A stretch of DNA of 64,000 nucleotides from an uncultured Alphaproteobacteria bacterium (lineage in GTDB: Bacteria; Pseudomonadota; Alphaproteobacteria; Rhizobiales; Xanthobacteraceae), in contig CAVRJW010000005.1 in the NCBI GenBank assembly GCA_963722125.1, forward strand, positions 1,075,206 through 1,139,205, read 5' to 3'. Position 1 is the first letter of the stretch; every line of letters starts with the position of its first letter. This document shows positions 20,614-30,521 of this stretch, in pieces. Position numbers and translations under genes: made by a program. Below the pieces are notes generated by a model, which searched no databases, was not told the DNA's origin, and worked only from the letters and a program-made list of their open reading frames with translations.

Positions 20614-21015
20614 ATGATCGGCCTCGTACTCGTCACTCACGGGCGGCTCGCTATCGAGTTCCGCTCAGCGTTGGAGCATGTGGTAGGACCCCAGCGCCAG
20701 ATCGAAGCCATTACGATTGGCCCTGACGATGACGTCGAGCAGTGTCGCAAGAATATTCTCGACGCCGTAAAACGGGTGGATAGTGGCGAAGGCGTTGCAA
20801 TCCTCACCGATATGTTTGGCGGCACGCCGTCCAACTTGGCTATTTCGGTGATGAGCCAGCCCAAGGTAGAAGTCCTGGCCGGTATCAATCTACCGATGCT
20901 GATAAAGCTCGCAAAAATACGGGAAATCAGCCCCCTGCAGGATGCGGTTGCGGCGGCGCAAGAGGCCGGACGTAAGTACTGCACCATCGCCAGCCGGGTG
21001 CTCAACGGTAAATGA
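20614..21015 (+). CDS. PTS EIIA component, mannose family (EIIA-Man/ManX-like)
   Basis: MIGLVLVTHGRLAIEF...DMFGGTPSN is typical of EIIA-Man. The longer ORF from 20485 adds a non-protein-like extension. Confidence 0.85.
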   Translation: MIGLVLVTHGRLAIEFRSALEHVVGPQRQIEAITIGPDDDVEQCRKNILDAVKRVDSGEGVAILTDMFGGTPSNLAISVMSQPKVEVLAGINLPMLIKLAKIREISPLQDAVAAAQEAGRKYCTIASRVLNGK

Positions 21016-21311
21016 GCCCGCGAGCGTCAGCGGACGACACGCCCGTCGTGCGCGAAGTGGACATCGTCAACAAGAAGGGCCTGCACGCCCGCGCCTCCGC
21101 CAAATTCGTGCAGACAGCAGAACAATTTGACGCTGCCGTCACCGTCACGCGCGGCCACGAAACTGTAGGCGGTACGTCAATCATGGGCCTGATGATGCTT
21201 GCCGCCGGTCCCGGCGCCACCATCATCATTAAAGCGACTGGCAAAGATGCCGCCGTAGCGGTGGAAACGCTTTACCAGCTGGTGGCGGGTGGTTTCGGGG
21301 AAGAGGACTGA
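21012..21311 (+). CDS. ptsH: Phosphocarrier protein HPr/NPr
   Basis: NKKGLHARASAKFV (active-site His) and GTSIMGLMML (regulatory Ser region). ATGA overlap with the EIIA gene. Confidence 0.85.
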   Translation: MSPRASADDTPVVREVDIVNKKGLHARASAKFVQTAEQFDAAVTVTRGHETVGGTSIMGLMMLAAGPGATIIIKATGKDAAVAVETLYQLVAGGFGEED

Positions 21312-21434
21312 CCGTCCCCAGCGTCCTTCACCCTACATAAAGAAATCTTTATATATGCGTTGCGGCTTCCCCTCCGGCCTGTTATAGGCACGACCAACCC
21401 GTTCACCCCTGTTCGTGTCTGTAAAAGGATTGCC

Positions 21435-22865
21435 ATGACCGCTGCCATGCTGAAGGCCAAAACCGGCGACTACATCGTCAAAGACATCTCGCTCGCCGAA
21501 TTCGGCCGCAAGGAAATCTCGCTCGCCGAAACCGAGATGCCCGGCCTGATGGCGACGCGCGAGGAATACGGCCCCAAACAGCCCCTGAAGGGCGCGCGTA
21601 TCGCCGGCTCGCTGCACATGACGATCCAGACCGCGGTCCTCATCGAGACGCTGGTCGCGCTCGGTGCCGACGTGCGCTGGGTGTCGTGCAACATCTATTC
21701 GACGCAGGACCATGCCGCAGCGGCGGTCGCCGCCGCCGGCATTCCTGTGTTTGCGATCAAAGGAGAGAGCCTGAAGGACTATTGGGACTACACCGCCAAG
21801 CTGTTCGAATGGCACGGCGGCGGCACCCCGAACATGATCCTCGATGACGGCGGCGACGCCACCATGTTCGTGCACCAGGGCTACCGCGCCGAACACCACG
21901 ACCCCATGTTCCTCGATCAGCACAACTCGGAAGAAGAGGAAATCTTCTTCGCGCTGATCAAGAAGACGCAGAAGGAAAAACCGAAGGGTTACTTCGCCGA
22001 ACTCGCCAAGAACATCAAAGGCGTCTCGGAAGAGACCACCACCGGCGTGCACCGGCTCTATGACATGCAGAAGGCGGGAACGTTGTTGTTCCCTGCGATC
22101 AACGTCAACGACAGCGTCACGAAGTCGAAATTCGACAACCTCTACGGCTGCCGTGAATCTCTGGTCGACGGCATCCGCCGCGGCACCGACGTCATGATGT
22201 CGGGCAAGGTGGCGATGGTCGCGGGCTTCGGTGATGTCGGCAAAGGCTCGGCTGCCTCACTGCGCCAGGCCGGCTGCCGGGTGATGGTATCTGAAATCGA
22301 TCCGATCTGCGCGCTGCAAGCGGCGATGGAAGGCTATGAAGTTGTCACAATGGAAGACGCCGCACCCCGCGCCGACATCTTCGTGACCGCTACCGGCAAC
22401 AAGGACATCATCACCATCGAACACATGCGTGCGATGAAGGATCGCGCCATCGTTTGTAACATCGGTCACTTCGACAACGAAATTCAGATCGCGCATCTCA
22501 AGAACCTGAAGTGGACCAACATCAAGCCACAGGTCGACGAAATCGAATTTCCCGACAAGCACCGGATCATCCTGTTGTCGGAAGGCCGGCTGGTGAACCT
22601 CGGCAATGCCATGGGCCATCCAAGCTTCGTGATGTCGGCGTCGTTCACCAACCAGACGCTGGCGCAGATCGAACTGTTCGCCAACAACAAGAACGGCAAG
22701 TACAAGAAGGAAGTTTACGTTCTGCCGAAGTCGCTTGACGAAAAGGTTGCGCGGCTACATCTGGCGAAAATAGGCGTCAAGCTGACCGAACTGCGTCCCG
22801 ATCAAGCGAATTATATCGGCGTGTCACAGGCCGGACCGTTCAAAAGCGACCACTATCGATATTGA
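21435..22865 (+). CDS. ahcY: Adenosylhomocysteinase
   Basis: 476 aa: [33 protein letters not shown] (NAD site), HFDNEI, and C-terminal SDHYRY. Confidence 0.95.
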   Translation: MTAAMLKAKTGDYIVKDISLAEFGRKEISLAETEMPGLMATREEYGPKQPLKGARIAGSLHMTIQTAVLIETLVALGADVRWVSCNIYSTQDHAAAAVAAAGIPVFAIKGESLKDYWDYTAKLFEWHGGGTPNMILDDGGDATMFVHQGYRAEHHDPMFLDQHNSEEEEIFFALIKKTQKEKPKGYFAELAKNIKGVSEETTTGVHRLYDMQKAGTLLFPAINVNDSVTKSKFDNLYGCRESLVDGIRRGTDVMMSGKVAMVAGFGDVGKGSAASLRQAGCRVMVSEIDPICALQAAMEGYEVVTMEDAAPRADIFVTATGNKDIITIEHMRAMKDRAIVCNIGHFDNEIQIAHLKNLKWTNIKPQVDEIEFPDKHRIILLSEGRLVNLGNAMGHPSFVMSASFTNQTLAQIELFANNKNGKYKKEVYVLPKSLDEKVARLHLAKIGVKLTELRPDQANYIGVSQAGPFKSDHYRY

Positions 22866-22886
22866 GCTTCAGTCCGTTTTCGTCGT

Positions 22887-22920
22887 CATGCCCGGCATCG
22901 TGCCGGGCATGTGCGTTTTT
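22887..22920 (+). terminator. Rho-independent terminator after ahcY
   Basis: catgcccggca-tcg-tgccgggcatg (11-bp stem) followed by tgcgttttt. Confidence 0.75.
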
Positions 22921-22938
22921 GCGCCATCAATTTCGACA

Positions 22939-24456
22939 TCACCGATGGGGCGGGACGATCAATATCTTGTAGCGTTGCGGAATTCCCGCGATACGAAAAA
23001 AATTGCGAACAATCTCAGTCTCGACCTGCTTGGCATCCGGATCGGACGACGACAAATGTCCCTGGCAGATCTTATCCTCGGCCAAACACAATAATACAAA
23101 TCCATGCTTCGTAATATCGGCGCGGCTCGGCTGCGGCAGTGCCGTTAAGGCGCGCGGCCGATCGGCTGCGTATGTGGTCACGCCGTAAGCGAGATCAGCA
23201 TCGCCGCCAACAAAACGTAGCGGCCGCGGCGTCGTCAGATGCCAAAGCCGCTCGACCTCGTTCGCTAACAGTCGTGTCTGCGCGGCAGCTGGCGCAGGGC
23301 CGGCGACTTGCGCCATAATCGCGATTGCTGGCGATGCGATCAGCATCACGATCGGCAAAAGCGCAGCCCCAAACAGAACACGACGTGCGTCGATGGCGCG
23401 CACCGTCATCTCTGTCGATGACAACAGCACGACCGAGAATAGCGAGAAGACCGGCATCGACCATAGCGAATTAATGTCGGCTCGTCCCACCACTGCTCCG
23501 ACGACCGGCAGCAATAGCGGGGCCCAGAATGCGGTCGCTACAACGCGCCGTTCGTTTTCGCGCGGCCATAAAATATCAGCGAGTGTCTTTCTGTTCGGCC
23601 AGGTAATCGCAAACGCGATCATGATCGGCACGGCCACATAACCGAATGCACCCCCGAGATAACCCACCGCGCTGGAGAACGCCTCACCGATCGGTTTATC
23701 GCCATGCACAATCAGCGCGTAGGAGAACGGCTCAAATTCGGTATCAAACAGCCAGATGATGTGCGCCCATAGTGCAAACAATCCCGCCGCGATGGTAATC
23801 CACGGCGCTGTCGAGCGGAAATAACGAAATCGGTGCCTGTCGACCAGCGGGGCCAAGGCCAACCCCGCAACCAAAAAGATCGACCAATATTTTCCCAGCA
23901 TGGAAGCGGCTGCGGCGATGCCGGCGAGCGCGGCATAAATTGGGTCGCGGGAGCGGATCGAACGCAAGAAAAAAAACGTCGTTGCCGCCCATAACGGCAA
24001 CAGCACCGTATTCACATTGAACTTCAGCGCATGAAAATTGAAAAACGGCACAAAGGTCAGAATCGCCAACCCAACGATGCGTTTTTCAATGTCGAGATAA
24101 TCCGCCGATATTCGCCAGATGATCCACAATGCGATTCCCGGCATAAGCATCGCTAATAAATAGTAAGACCACTCGGTAAGCGGAAAGACCGAGAACCAAA
24201 GCCACACCAGCCACGCGGCAAAGGGCGGATGCTTGAGATAACCGAGGCTAAGATCGCGCGACCATGCGACAATCTCGGTCATGTCAGGATGCAGGCCCTG
24301 ACTGCTCTTGGCGACGATGGCATAGATGGTCCACAGCAATACGTAGACGACGAGCGATGCGAGAACCGTGCGCTCGCGGCGCGCCGGGTCGACGATCGCA
24401 TCGTGCCAGCGGCTGACCCGCCGGCTGGCAGCGTAAAAGGGCGCAGAAAGTTGCAT
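22939..24456 (-). CDS. Glycosyltransferase family 39 (ArnT/PMT-like) membrane protein
   Basis: 505-aa polytopic protein. The N-terminal region (DMTEIVAWSRDLSLGYLKHPPFAAWLVW) resembles the GT39/PMT_2 family. Confidence 0.75.
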   Translation of the reverse strand: MQLSAPFYAASRRVSRWHDAIVDPARRERTVLASLVVYVLLWTIYAIVAKSSQGLHPDMTEIVAWSRDLSLGYLKHPPFAAWLVWLWFSVFPLTEWSYYLLAMLMPGIALWIIWRISADYLDIEKRIVGLAILTFVPFFNFHALKFNVNTVLLPLWAATTFFFLRSIRSRDPIYAALAGIAAAASMLGKYWSIFLVAGLALAPLVDRHRFRYFRSTAPWITIAAGLFALWAHIIWLFDTEFEPFSYALIVHGDKPIGEAFSSAVGYLGGAFGYVAVPIMIAFAITWPNRKTLADILWPRENERRVVATAFWAPLLLPVVGAVVGRADINSLWSMPVFSLFSVVLLSSTEMTVRAIDARRVLFGAALLPIVMLIASPAIAIMAQVAGPAPAAAQTRLLANEVERLWHLTTPRPLRFVGGDADLAYGVTTYAADRPRALTALPQPSRADITKHGFVLLCLAEDKICQGHLSSSDPDAKQVETEIVRNFFRIAGIPQRYKILIVPPHR

Positions 24457-24556
24457 GCGCGGCTCCTATCGCATGCATAGTGATATTCGTCTATGATACG
24501 CGGAATAAACGCCCGTTCGGCTTGAAGCTTGCAACTGCGGGTGTTATCTCGCCGCC

Positions 24557-26362
24557 ATGACGGCGTCTCCTATCCAAAATATCCGTAACTTCTCCATCGT
24601 CGCGCATATCGACCACGGCAAATCCACGCTCGCCGACCGGCTGATCCAGCTTACGGGCGGCCTGGAAGAGCGCGAGATGAAAGAGCAAGTGCTCGATTCC
24701 ATGGACATCGAGCGTGAACGCGGAATCACGATCAAAGCACAGACCGTACGGCTCAATTACAAAGCCCGCGACGGCAAAAACTACGTGCTCAACCTCATCG
24801 ACACGCCTGGTCATGTCGACTTCGCTTACGAGGTCAATCGCTCGCTCGCCGCTTGCGAAGGCTCCCTCCTCGTCGTCGATGCGAGCCAAGGCGTCGAGGC
24901 GCAAACGCTGGCGAACGTCTATCAGGCGATCGATAACGGCCACGAAATTGTTCCGGTGCTCAATAAAGTCGACCTGCCCGCCGCCGAGCCGGCAAAGGTC
25001 AAACAGCAGATCGAGGACGTGATCGGGCTCGACGCCAGCAACGCTATCGAGATTTCCGCCAAGACCGGGCTGAATGTTCCGGAAGTGCTGGAGGCGATCG
25101 TCACCCGCCTGCCACCGCCAACAGGCGACCGAGATGCTCCCCTGAAAGCATTACTGGTCGACAGTTGGTACGACGTCTATCTCGGCGTCGTCGTGCTGGT
25201 ACGCATCGTCGACGGCGTCCTGAAGAAGGGGCAGCGCATCCGCATGATGGGCACCAATTCTGCCCATGACGTGGATCGCACCGGTGTGTTCACACCAAAG
25301 CTCACGCCAGTGGACGAGCTCGGCCCCGGCGAGATCGGCATGCTCACCGGCTCGATCAAGGAAGTGGCCGACACGCGCGTGGGCGACACCATCACCGACG
25401 ACCGCAATCCGGTGGATAAGCCCCTGCCCGGCTTTCGCCCGGCGATCCCCGTTGTCTTTTGCGGCCTGTTCCCGGTTGACGCCGCACAGTTCGAAGAATT
25501 GCGAGCGGCCATGGGCCGGCTGCGTCTCAACGATGCGAGCTTCACCTACGAGATGGAAACCTCGGCCGCGCTCGGCTTTGGCTTCCGCTGCGGCTTCCTC
25601 GGGCTGCTGCATCTGGAAATTATCCAGGAACGCCTATCGCGCGAATTTAATCTCGACCTCATCGCGACTGCACCATCGGTCATCTACAAGATCAAGCTGA
25701 CGACTGGGAGCGAGCTCGAAATTCACAATCCGGTCGACATGCCGGAGCCAAACCACATCGAAGAGATGCAGGAGCCCTGGATCGAAGCGACGATCCTGAC
25801 GCCGGACGAATATCTCGGCTCGGTGCTCAAGCTATGCCAGGACCGCCGCGGCGAGCAGAAAGAGCTGACCTATGTCGGCAATCGCGCGATGGTGAAATAC
25901 GACCTGCCGCTGAACGAGGTGGTATTCGATTTTTACGACCGGCTGAAATCTGTGTCGCGCGGCTATGCGTCTTTCGACTATCACCTCACCGACTACAAGC
26001 CGGCCGACCTGGTGAAACTGCAGATGCTGGTGAATGGCGAACCGGTCGATGCGCTGGCTATGCTTGTCCACCGCACGCGCGCCGAGAGCCGTGGACGTGC
26101 CATGGCGGAAAAGCTCAAGGAACTGATCCCGCCGCACATGTTCCAGGTGCCGATCCAGGCGGCAATCGGTGGCAAGATCATTGCCCGCGAAACGGTCCGC
26201 GCCTTCCGCAAGGACGTCACCGCAAAATGTTACGGCGGCGACGCGACGCGCAAGCGCAAGCTTCTGGAGAAGCAGAAGGAAGGCAAGAAACGCATGCGGC
26301 AATTCGGAAAAGTGGATATTCCGCAGGAAGCGTTCATCGCTGCGCTGAAGGTCGACGTCTAG
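24557..26362 (+). CDS. lepA: Elongation factor 4 (LepA)
   Basis: 601 aa with the G-domain motifs [14 protein letters not shown] and NKVD, plus the LepA C-terminal region ([24 protein letters not shown]). Confidence 0.97.
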   Translation: MTASPIQNIRNFSIVAHIDHGKSTLADRLIQLTGGLEEREMKEQVLDSMDIERERGITIKAQTVRLNYKARDGKNYVLNLIDTPGHVDFAYEVNRSLAACEGSLLVVDASQGVEAQTLANVYQAIDNGHEIVPVLNKVDLPAAEPAKVKQQIEDVIGLDASNAIEISAKTGLNVPEVLEAIVTRLPPPTGDRDAPLKALLVDSWYDVYLGVVVLVRIVDGVLKKGQRIRMMGTNSAHDVDRTGVFTPKLTPVDELGPGEIGMLTGSIKEVADTRVGDTITDDRNPVDKPLPGFRPAIPVVFCGLFPVDAAQFEELRAAMGRLRLNDASFTYEMETSAALGFGFRCGFLGLLHLEIIQERLSREFNLDLIATAPSVIYKIKLTTGSELEIHNPVDMPEPNHIEEMQEPWIEATILTPDEYLGSVLKLCQDRRGEQKELTYVGNRAMVKYDLPLNEVVFDFYDRLKSVSRGYASFDYHLTDYKPADLVKLQMLVNGEPVDALAMLVHRTRAESRGRAMAEKLKELIPPHMFQVPIQAAIGGKIIARETVRAFRKDVTAKCYGGDATRKRKLLEKQKEGKKRMRQFGKVDIPQEAFIAALKVDV

Positions 26363-26454
26363 GGGTCCAGCGCCGCAACCGTATTTCCGGCTGGGATGTG
26401 TTAATATATATATGCTGACAGGCGAAGTCGGAACGGAACCGCTGGACCGGAGAC

Positions 26455-27453
26455 GTGATGTTCGCTCGTACAATGACCTTATTTGCCTTTTTTGGCTTGA
26501 TGTCGGGCGCGATCGCTGCGTTCGACGGCATGGCCGTTGCCCAAACGCCCGCAAGCGCTGCGCCCTCACCGCTTCCGGCGCCAAAACCGGCCATGACGGA
26601 ACAGATGCGAGAGAAAACGCTCTCTGCCAAGGAGCTGTTCAGCGGCAAGCAGTTGCCGTCGGCTGGCAAGTCGATGGCGATCGGCTATTACCCGCGTGGC
26701 TGCCTTGCCGGTGGCGTCGAACTCCCGGTAAATGGGCCAAACTGGCAAGTGATGCGGCTATCGCGTAACCGCAATTGGGGCCATCCCAGTCTGATCCAGT
26801 TCCTGGAAAAATTTGCCCCACTCGCCAGCAAAGCGACCGGCTGGAATGGCATTTTGGTCGGAGATCTCGCCCAGCCGCGCGGTGGTCCGGCGCCGTCTGA
26901 CCATGCAAGCCATCAGACCGGCCTTGATGTCGATATCTGGTTTTTGCCGATGCCGGATCGCTCGTTGAGCAAGGAAGAGCGCGACACCCTTCCAGCCATC
27001 AATCTCGTGTCCGCGGACTGGAAACATCTCAACCCGCAGACCTGGACGCCGCAACATATTGCCTTCATCAAAACCGCCGCCCAGCAACCCGAGGTCGAGC
27101 GTGTTCTGGTGAATGCGGCCATCAAAAAGGAATTGTGCCGCGTCGAAGACAAGGCACACGATAGCTGGATGGCCAAAATTCGCCCCTGGTACGGCCATCA
27201 CGACCACATTCATGTTCGGTTGCGGTGCCCGGCAAACTCGCCAACCTGCCGCGTGCAGCCGCCAGTCCCGGGCGGCGATGGCTGTAGCGCAAAAGAGCTC
27301 GACTATTGGTTCTCCGACAAGGTGTTGAATGTCGTGAAATCCAAACCGTCCCAGCCGGCAAAACCGGTCATGCTCGCCGATTTGCCGGCCGCATGTAAAA
27401 CTGTACTGGAAGCGCCCGACAACACGACCAGCATGGCCCACGACAAACGCTGA
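26455..27453 (+). CDS. mepA: Penicillin-insensitive murein endopeptidase
   Basis: Signal peptide, RNRNWGHP, HASHQTGLDVDIWF and HHDHIHVRLRCP. These are MepA-type zinc ligands. Confidence 0.85.
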   Translation: MMFARTMTLFAFFGLMSGAIAAFDGMAVAQTPASAAPSPLPAPKPAMTEQMREKTLSAKELFSGKQLPSAGKSMAIGYYPRGCLAGGVELPVNGPNWQVMRLSRNRNWGHPSLIQFLEKFAPLASKATGWNGILVGDLAQPRGGPAPSDHASHQTGLDVDIWFLPMPDRSLSKEERDTLPAINLVSADWKHLNPQTWTPQHIAFIKTAAQQPEVERVLVNAAIKKELCRVEDKAHDSWMAKIRPWYGHHDHIHVRLRCPANSPTCRVQPPVPGGDGCSAKELDYWFSDKVLNVVKSKPSQPAKPVMLADLPAACKTVLEAPDNTTSMAHDKR

Positions 27454-27496
27454 TCCCTTTCCGCGTAACGCAAACCGGTTAGCCCTCCAAACGCCG

Positions 27497-29920
27497 ATGC
27501 CCCCATCCACGGCCACTGCAAGCGCGAACGATGCCAAAAAGCTGCAGGTGCTTGCCGCACTCGAACGCAAGGTGCTTTGGCTTGCGAGCTGGATGATTCA
27601 CAGCGCCAATCATCTGCGGGAAAGTGCCGATGGATTGAAGGTTGGCGGCCACCAGGCATCAAGTGCCTCGCTCGCCACTATCATGACCGCACTCTATTTC
27701 GACGTGCTGCGGCCACAGGATCGCGTCGCTGTGAAGCCGCATGCGAGTCCGATCTTCCACGCAATCCAGTATTTGTTCGGCAAGCAGACACGCGAACGGC
27801 TCGAGGCTTTCCGCGGCTACAAAGGCGCGCAGAGTTACCCATCGCGCACAAAGGACACCGACGATGTGGACTTCTCCACCGGTTCGGTCGGCCTCGGGGT
27901 CGCGCAGACATTATTCTCATCGCTCACGCAAGATTATGTTCGTGCGCATGGCTGGGGCCTTGATCGCCCGGAAGGACGCATGATCGCGCTGGTCGGCGAC
28001 GCGGAACTCGATGAGGGAAATATCTTCGAAGCCCTGCTGGAGGGGTGGAAACAAGGCCTGCGCAATTGCTGGTGGATCATCGACTACAACCGCCAGAGTC
28101 TTGATGCTGTCGTGCGCGAAGGCCTGTGGGCACGCTATGAGCAACTCTTCAAAAATTTCGGTTGGAACGTCGTTATCCTGAAGTACGGCTCGTTGCAGCA
28201 GGCCGCGTTCAAGGAGCCCGGGGGTGACACGTTGCGCGGATGGATCGATAGTTGCCCGAACCAGCTTTATTCTGCGCTCGTTTTCGCGGGCGGCGCTGCC
28301 TGGCGCAAGCGGCTCAACGACGAGATCGGCGACCAGGGCGATGTCAGCAAACTGATCGACAAGCGCAGCGACGATGAGCTGGCGGCCTTGATGAACAATC
28401 TCGGCGGACATGACATGCCGTCCGTCCTCGAGGCATTTCACAATGCGGATCCTGAAAAGCCGACCTGCTTCATCTGCTACACGGTGAAGGGCTTCGGATT
28501 GCCGTTCGCCGGCCACAAGGACAACCATGCTGGGCTGATGACGCCGCCGCAGATGGAGACGTTTCGCGAGGCCATGCACGTCCGGCCCGGCCACGAATGG
28601 GAAAAATTCGAGGGCCTGAGCGTGTCGCAGGAGACGCTACAGACATTTCTCGATGCTGTTCCGTTTGCGTCCATCGGAACGCGGCGCTTGAGCGCACCAA
28701 CACTGGACGTACCGGATACGCTTCCCGTCACGATTGCTCCGGTGATGGCGACGCAAACCGGGTTCGGCGCGATCCTGAACGAAATCGGCCGTGGTGACAG
28801 TGATTTCACGCGTCACATTGTGACGACATCGCCTGACGTCACCGTGTCTACAAATCTCGGCCCCTGGGTGAACCGGCGCGGCCTGTTTGCGCGCCAAGCC
28901 ATGGCCGACACTTTCAAAAGTGAACACATCCCATCGACATTCAACTGGGAATTCTCGCCCAAGGGCCAGCACATCGAACTTGGCATCGCCGAGATGAACT
29001 TGTTCATTCTGCTCTCGGCACTCGGCCTGTCGCACAGCATCAATGGGGAAAGGCTCCTGCCAATCGGTACGCTCTATGACCCGTTCATCGCGCGCGGCCT
29101 CGATGCACTGAATTACGCTTGTTACCAGGATGCGCGGTTCATTCTTGTCGCAACGCCATCCGGTATCACGCTTGCCGGCGAAGGCGGTGCGCATCAGTCG
29201 ATCGCGGAACCTTTGATCGGGCTTGCGCAAGACGGGTTGGCCAGCTTCGAGCCCGCCTACGTCGACGAACTCGCGGCCATCATGGCCTGGGCATTTACCC
29301 ACATGCAAAAAGACGGTGATGCGGCGCCGTCAGAACGCAATTGGCTTCGCGACGAGACGGGCGGCTCGATTTATCTCCGCCTGTCGACCCGTCCGATCGA
29401 ACAAATCCAGCGGGAAATGACAACAGAGCTACGACACCAGATCGTCGATGGCGCATATTGGCAGCGAAAACCGGGACCCAATTGTCAGGTGGTGGTCGCC
29501 TATACCGGCGCGGTAGCGCCTGAAGCGATCGAAGCTGTTGGATTGATGGCGGAAGACCGCCGCGACGTCGGCCTGCTGGCGATCACTTCTGCCGATCGCC
29601 TCAATGCCGGATGGACTGCCGCCCAACGCGCGCGCGAACGCGGACTGGTGCACGCGCGCTCTCATATCGAGCGGTTGTTCGCCGACGTCCCGCCGCATTG
29701 CGGCATCGTGAGTGTTCTTGACGGGCATCCCGCGACGCTCGCCTGGCTCGGCGCGGTCGCCGGCCATCGCACACGCGCCCTCGGCGTCGAGCATTTCGGC
29801 CAGACCGGCTCGCTCGCCGAACTCTATCGGCACTATGGGATCGACGCCAATGCCATCGTGGCGGCAGCGCAGGCAATTGCACCGGGCCGCCCGATCCGTC
29901 ATCTCAAGGCGCTGCCCTGA
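27497..29920 (+). CDS. Homodimeric-type (AceE-like) thiamine-diphosphate-dependent 2-oxoacid dehydrogenase E1 / transketolase-like protein
   Basis: 807 aa: LKVGGHQASSASLATIM, GDAELDEGN (TPP-binding GDG-like motif), and a C-terminal transketolase-like region. No E2 or E3 gene is adjacent. Confidence 0.75.
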   Translation: MPPSTATASANDAKKLQVLAALERKVLWLASWMIHSANHLRESADGLKVGGHQASSASLATIMTALYFDVLRPQDRVAVKPHASPIFHAIQYLFGKQTRERLEAFRGYKGAQSYPSRTKDTDDVDFSTGSVGLGVAQTLFSSLTQDYVRAHGWGLDRPEGRMIALVGDAELDEGNIFEALLEGWKQGLRNCWWIIDYNRQSLDAVVREGLWARYEQLFKNFGWNVVILKYGSLQQAAFKEPGGDTLRGWIDSCPNQLYSALVFAGGAAWRKRLNDEIGDQGDVSKLIDKRSDDELAALMNNLGGHDMPSVLEAFHNADPEKPTCFICYTVKGFGLPFAGHKDNHAGLMTPPQMETFREAMHVRPGHEWEKFEGLSVSQETLQTFLDAVPFASIGTRRLSAPTLDVPDTLPVTIAPVMATQTGFGAILNEIGRGDSDFTRHIVTTSPDVTVSTNLGPWVNRRGLFARQAMADTFKSEHIPSTFNWEFSPKGQHIELGIAEMNLFILLSALGLSHSINGERLLPIGTLYDPFIARGLDALNYACYQDARFILVATPSGITLAGEGGAHQSIAEPLIGLAQDGLASFEPAYVDELAAIMAWAFTHMQKDGDAAPSERNWLRDETGGSIYLRLSTRPIEQIQREMTTELRHQIVDGAYWQRKPGPNCQVVVAYTGAVAPEAIEAVGLMAEDRRDVGLLAITSADRLNAGWTAAQRARERGLVHARSHIERLFADVPPHCGIVSVLDGHPATLAWLGAVAGHRTRALGVEHFGQTGSLAELYRHYGIDANAIVAAAQAIAPGRPIRHLKALP

Positions 29921-29927
29921 GCTGCGG

Positions 29928-30491
29928 TTATGTCATGCCCATCCCTAAAAACATCGCGGGAACGGTGAAGATAATGACCCAAAGGATGATGGCGCAGACG
30001 ATAACGGCGATCGTGTAAATCAGCGCCTTGTCCGCTGGCGGCTTCATCAGTGCGGCGATGCCTGTGTGCAGCAAATAGAGGCTATACAGCCCGAGAATTC
30101 CCAGGATCGCGAGCGCGGGAATGATGTTGAACACTCCAGCGAGCCACGCAGCCGTCGGCGCGTAGGCCGACACCTTCATCGCGTTGCCCAGATCTTTCCT
30201 CGCGCCGAACGTGCCGGCGAGGAAGTCGATGATATACGCAGCGACAAAAACGCTGACCAGGGAAAGAATATAAACGACGATCGCGCGCAGAAGCCCGCCG
30301 AAGATACCGATGCGGTAAGGACCGAACCCGATGATCGAGGTCCCGATGAACGTACATATGGCCGGAACGGCGGCGACAATCATGACATAGTTGGGAAACA
30401 GAAAGCCGGGCTCGCCCAATTCACGTTCGATCGCCGCCCATTCCGATTTTGGCTGCAGCAAGATTCCTTTAATTCGTTCCACGAGATTCAT
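29928..30491 (-). CDS. Yip1-domain membrane protein
   Basis: MNLVERIKGILLQPKSEWAAI followed by five hydrophobic helices. The ORF is open to 30521, directly abutting the upstream stop codon. Confidence 0.65.
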   Translation of the reverse strand: MNLVERIKGILLQPKSEWAAIERELGEPGFLFPNYVMIVAAVPAICTFIGTSIIGFGPYRIGIFGGLLRAIVVYILSLVSVFVAAYIIDFLAGTFGARKDLGNAMKVSAYAPTAAWLAGVFNIIPALAILGILGLYSLYLLHTGIAALMKPPADKALIYTIAVIVCAIILWVIIFTVPAMFLGMGMT

Positions 30492-30521
30492 GACACACCC
30501 CCCATTTGATCCGCGGTTCAA

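Noticed and set aside
21312-21434. A possible SAH riboswitch in the 123-nt leader of ahcY.
   Set aside because: I could not find the conserved pseudoknotted core as I remember it, and the region is comparatively AT-rich and unstructured. Only a covariance-model scan could settle this.
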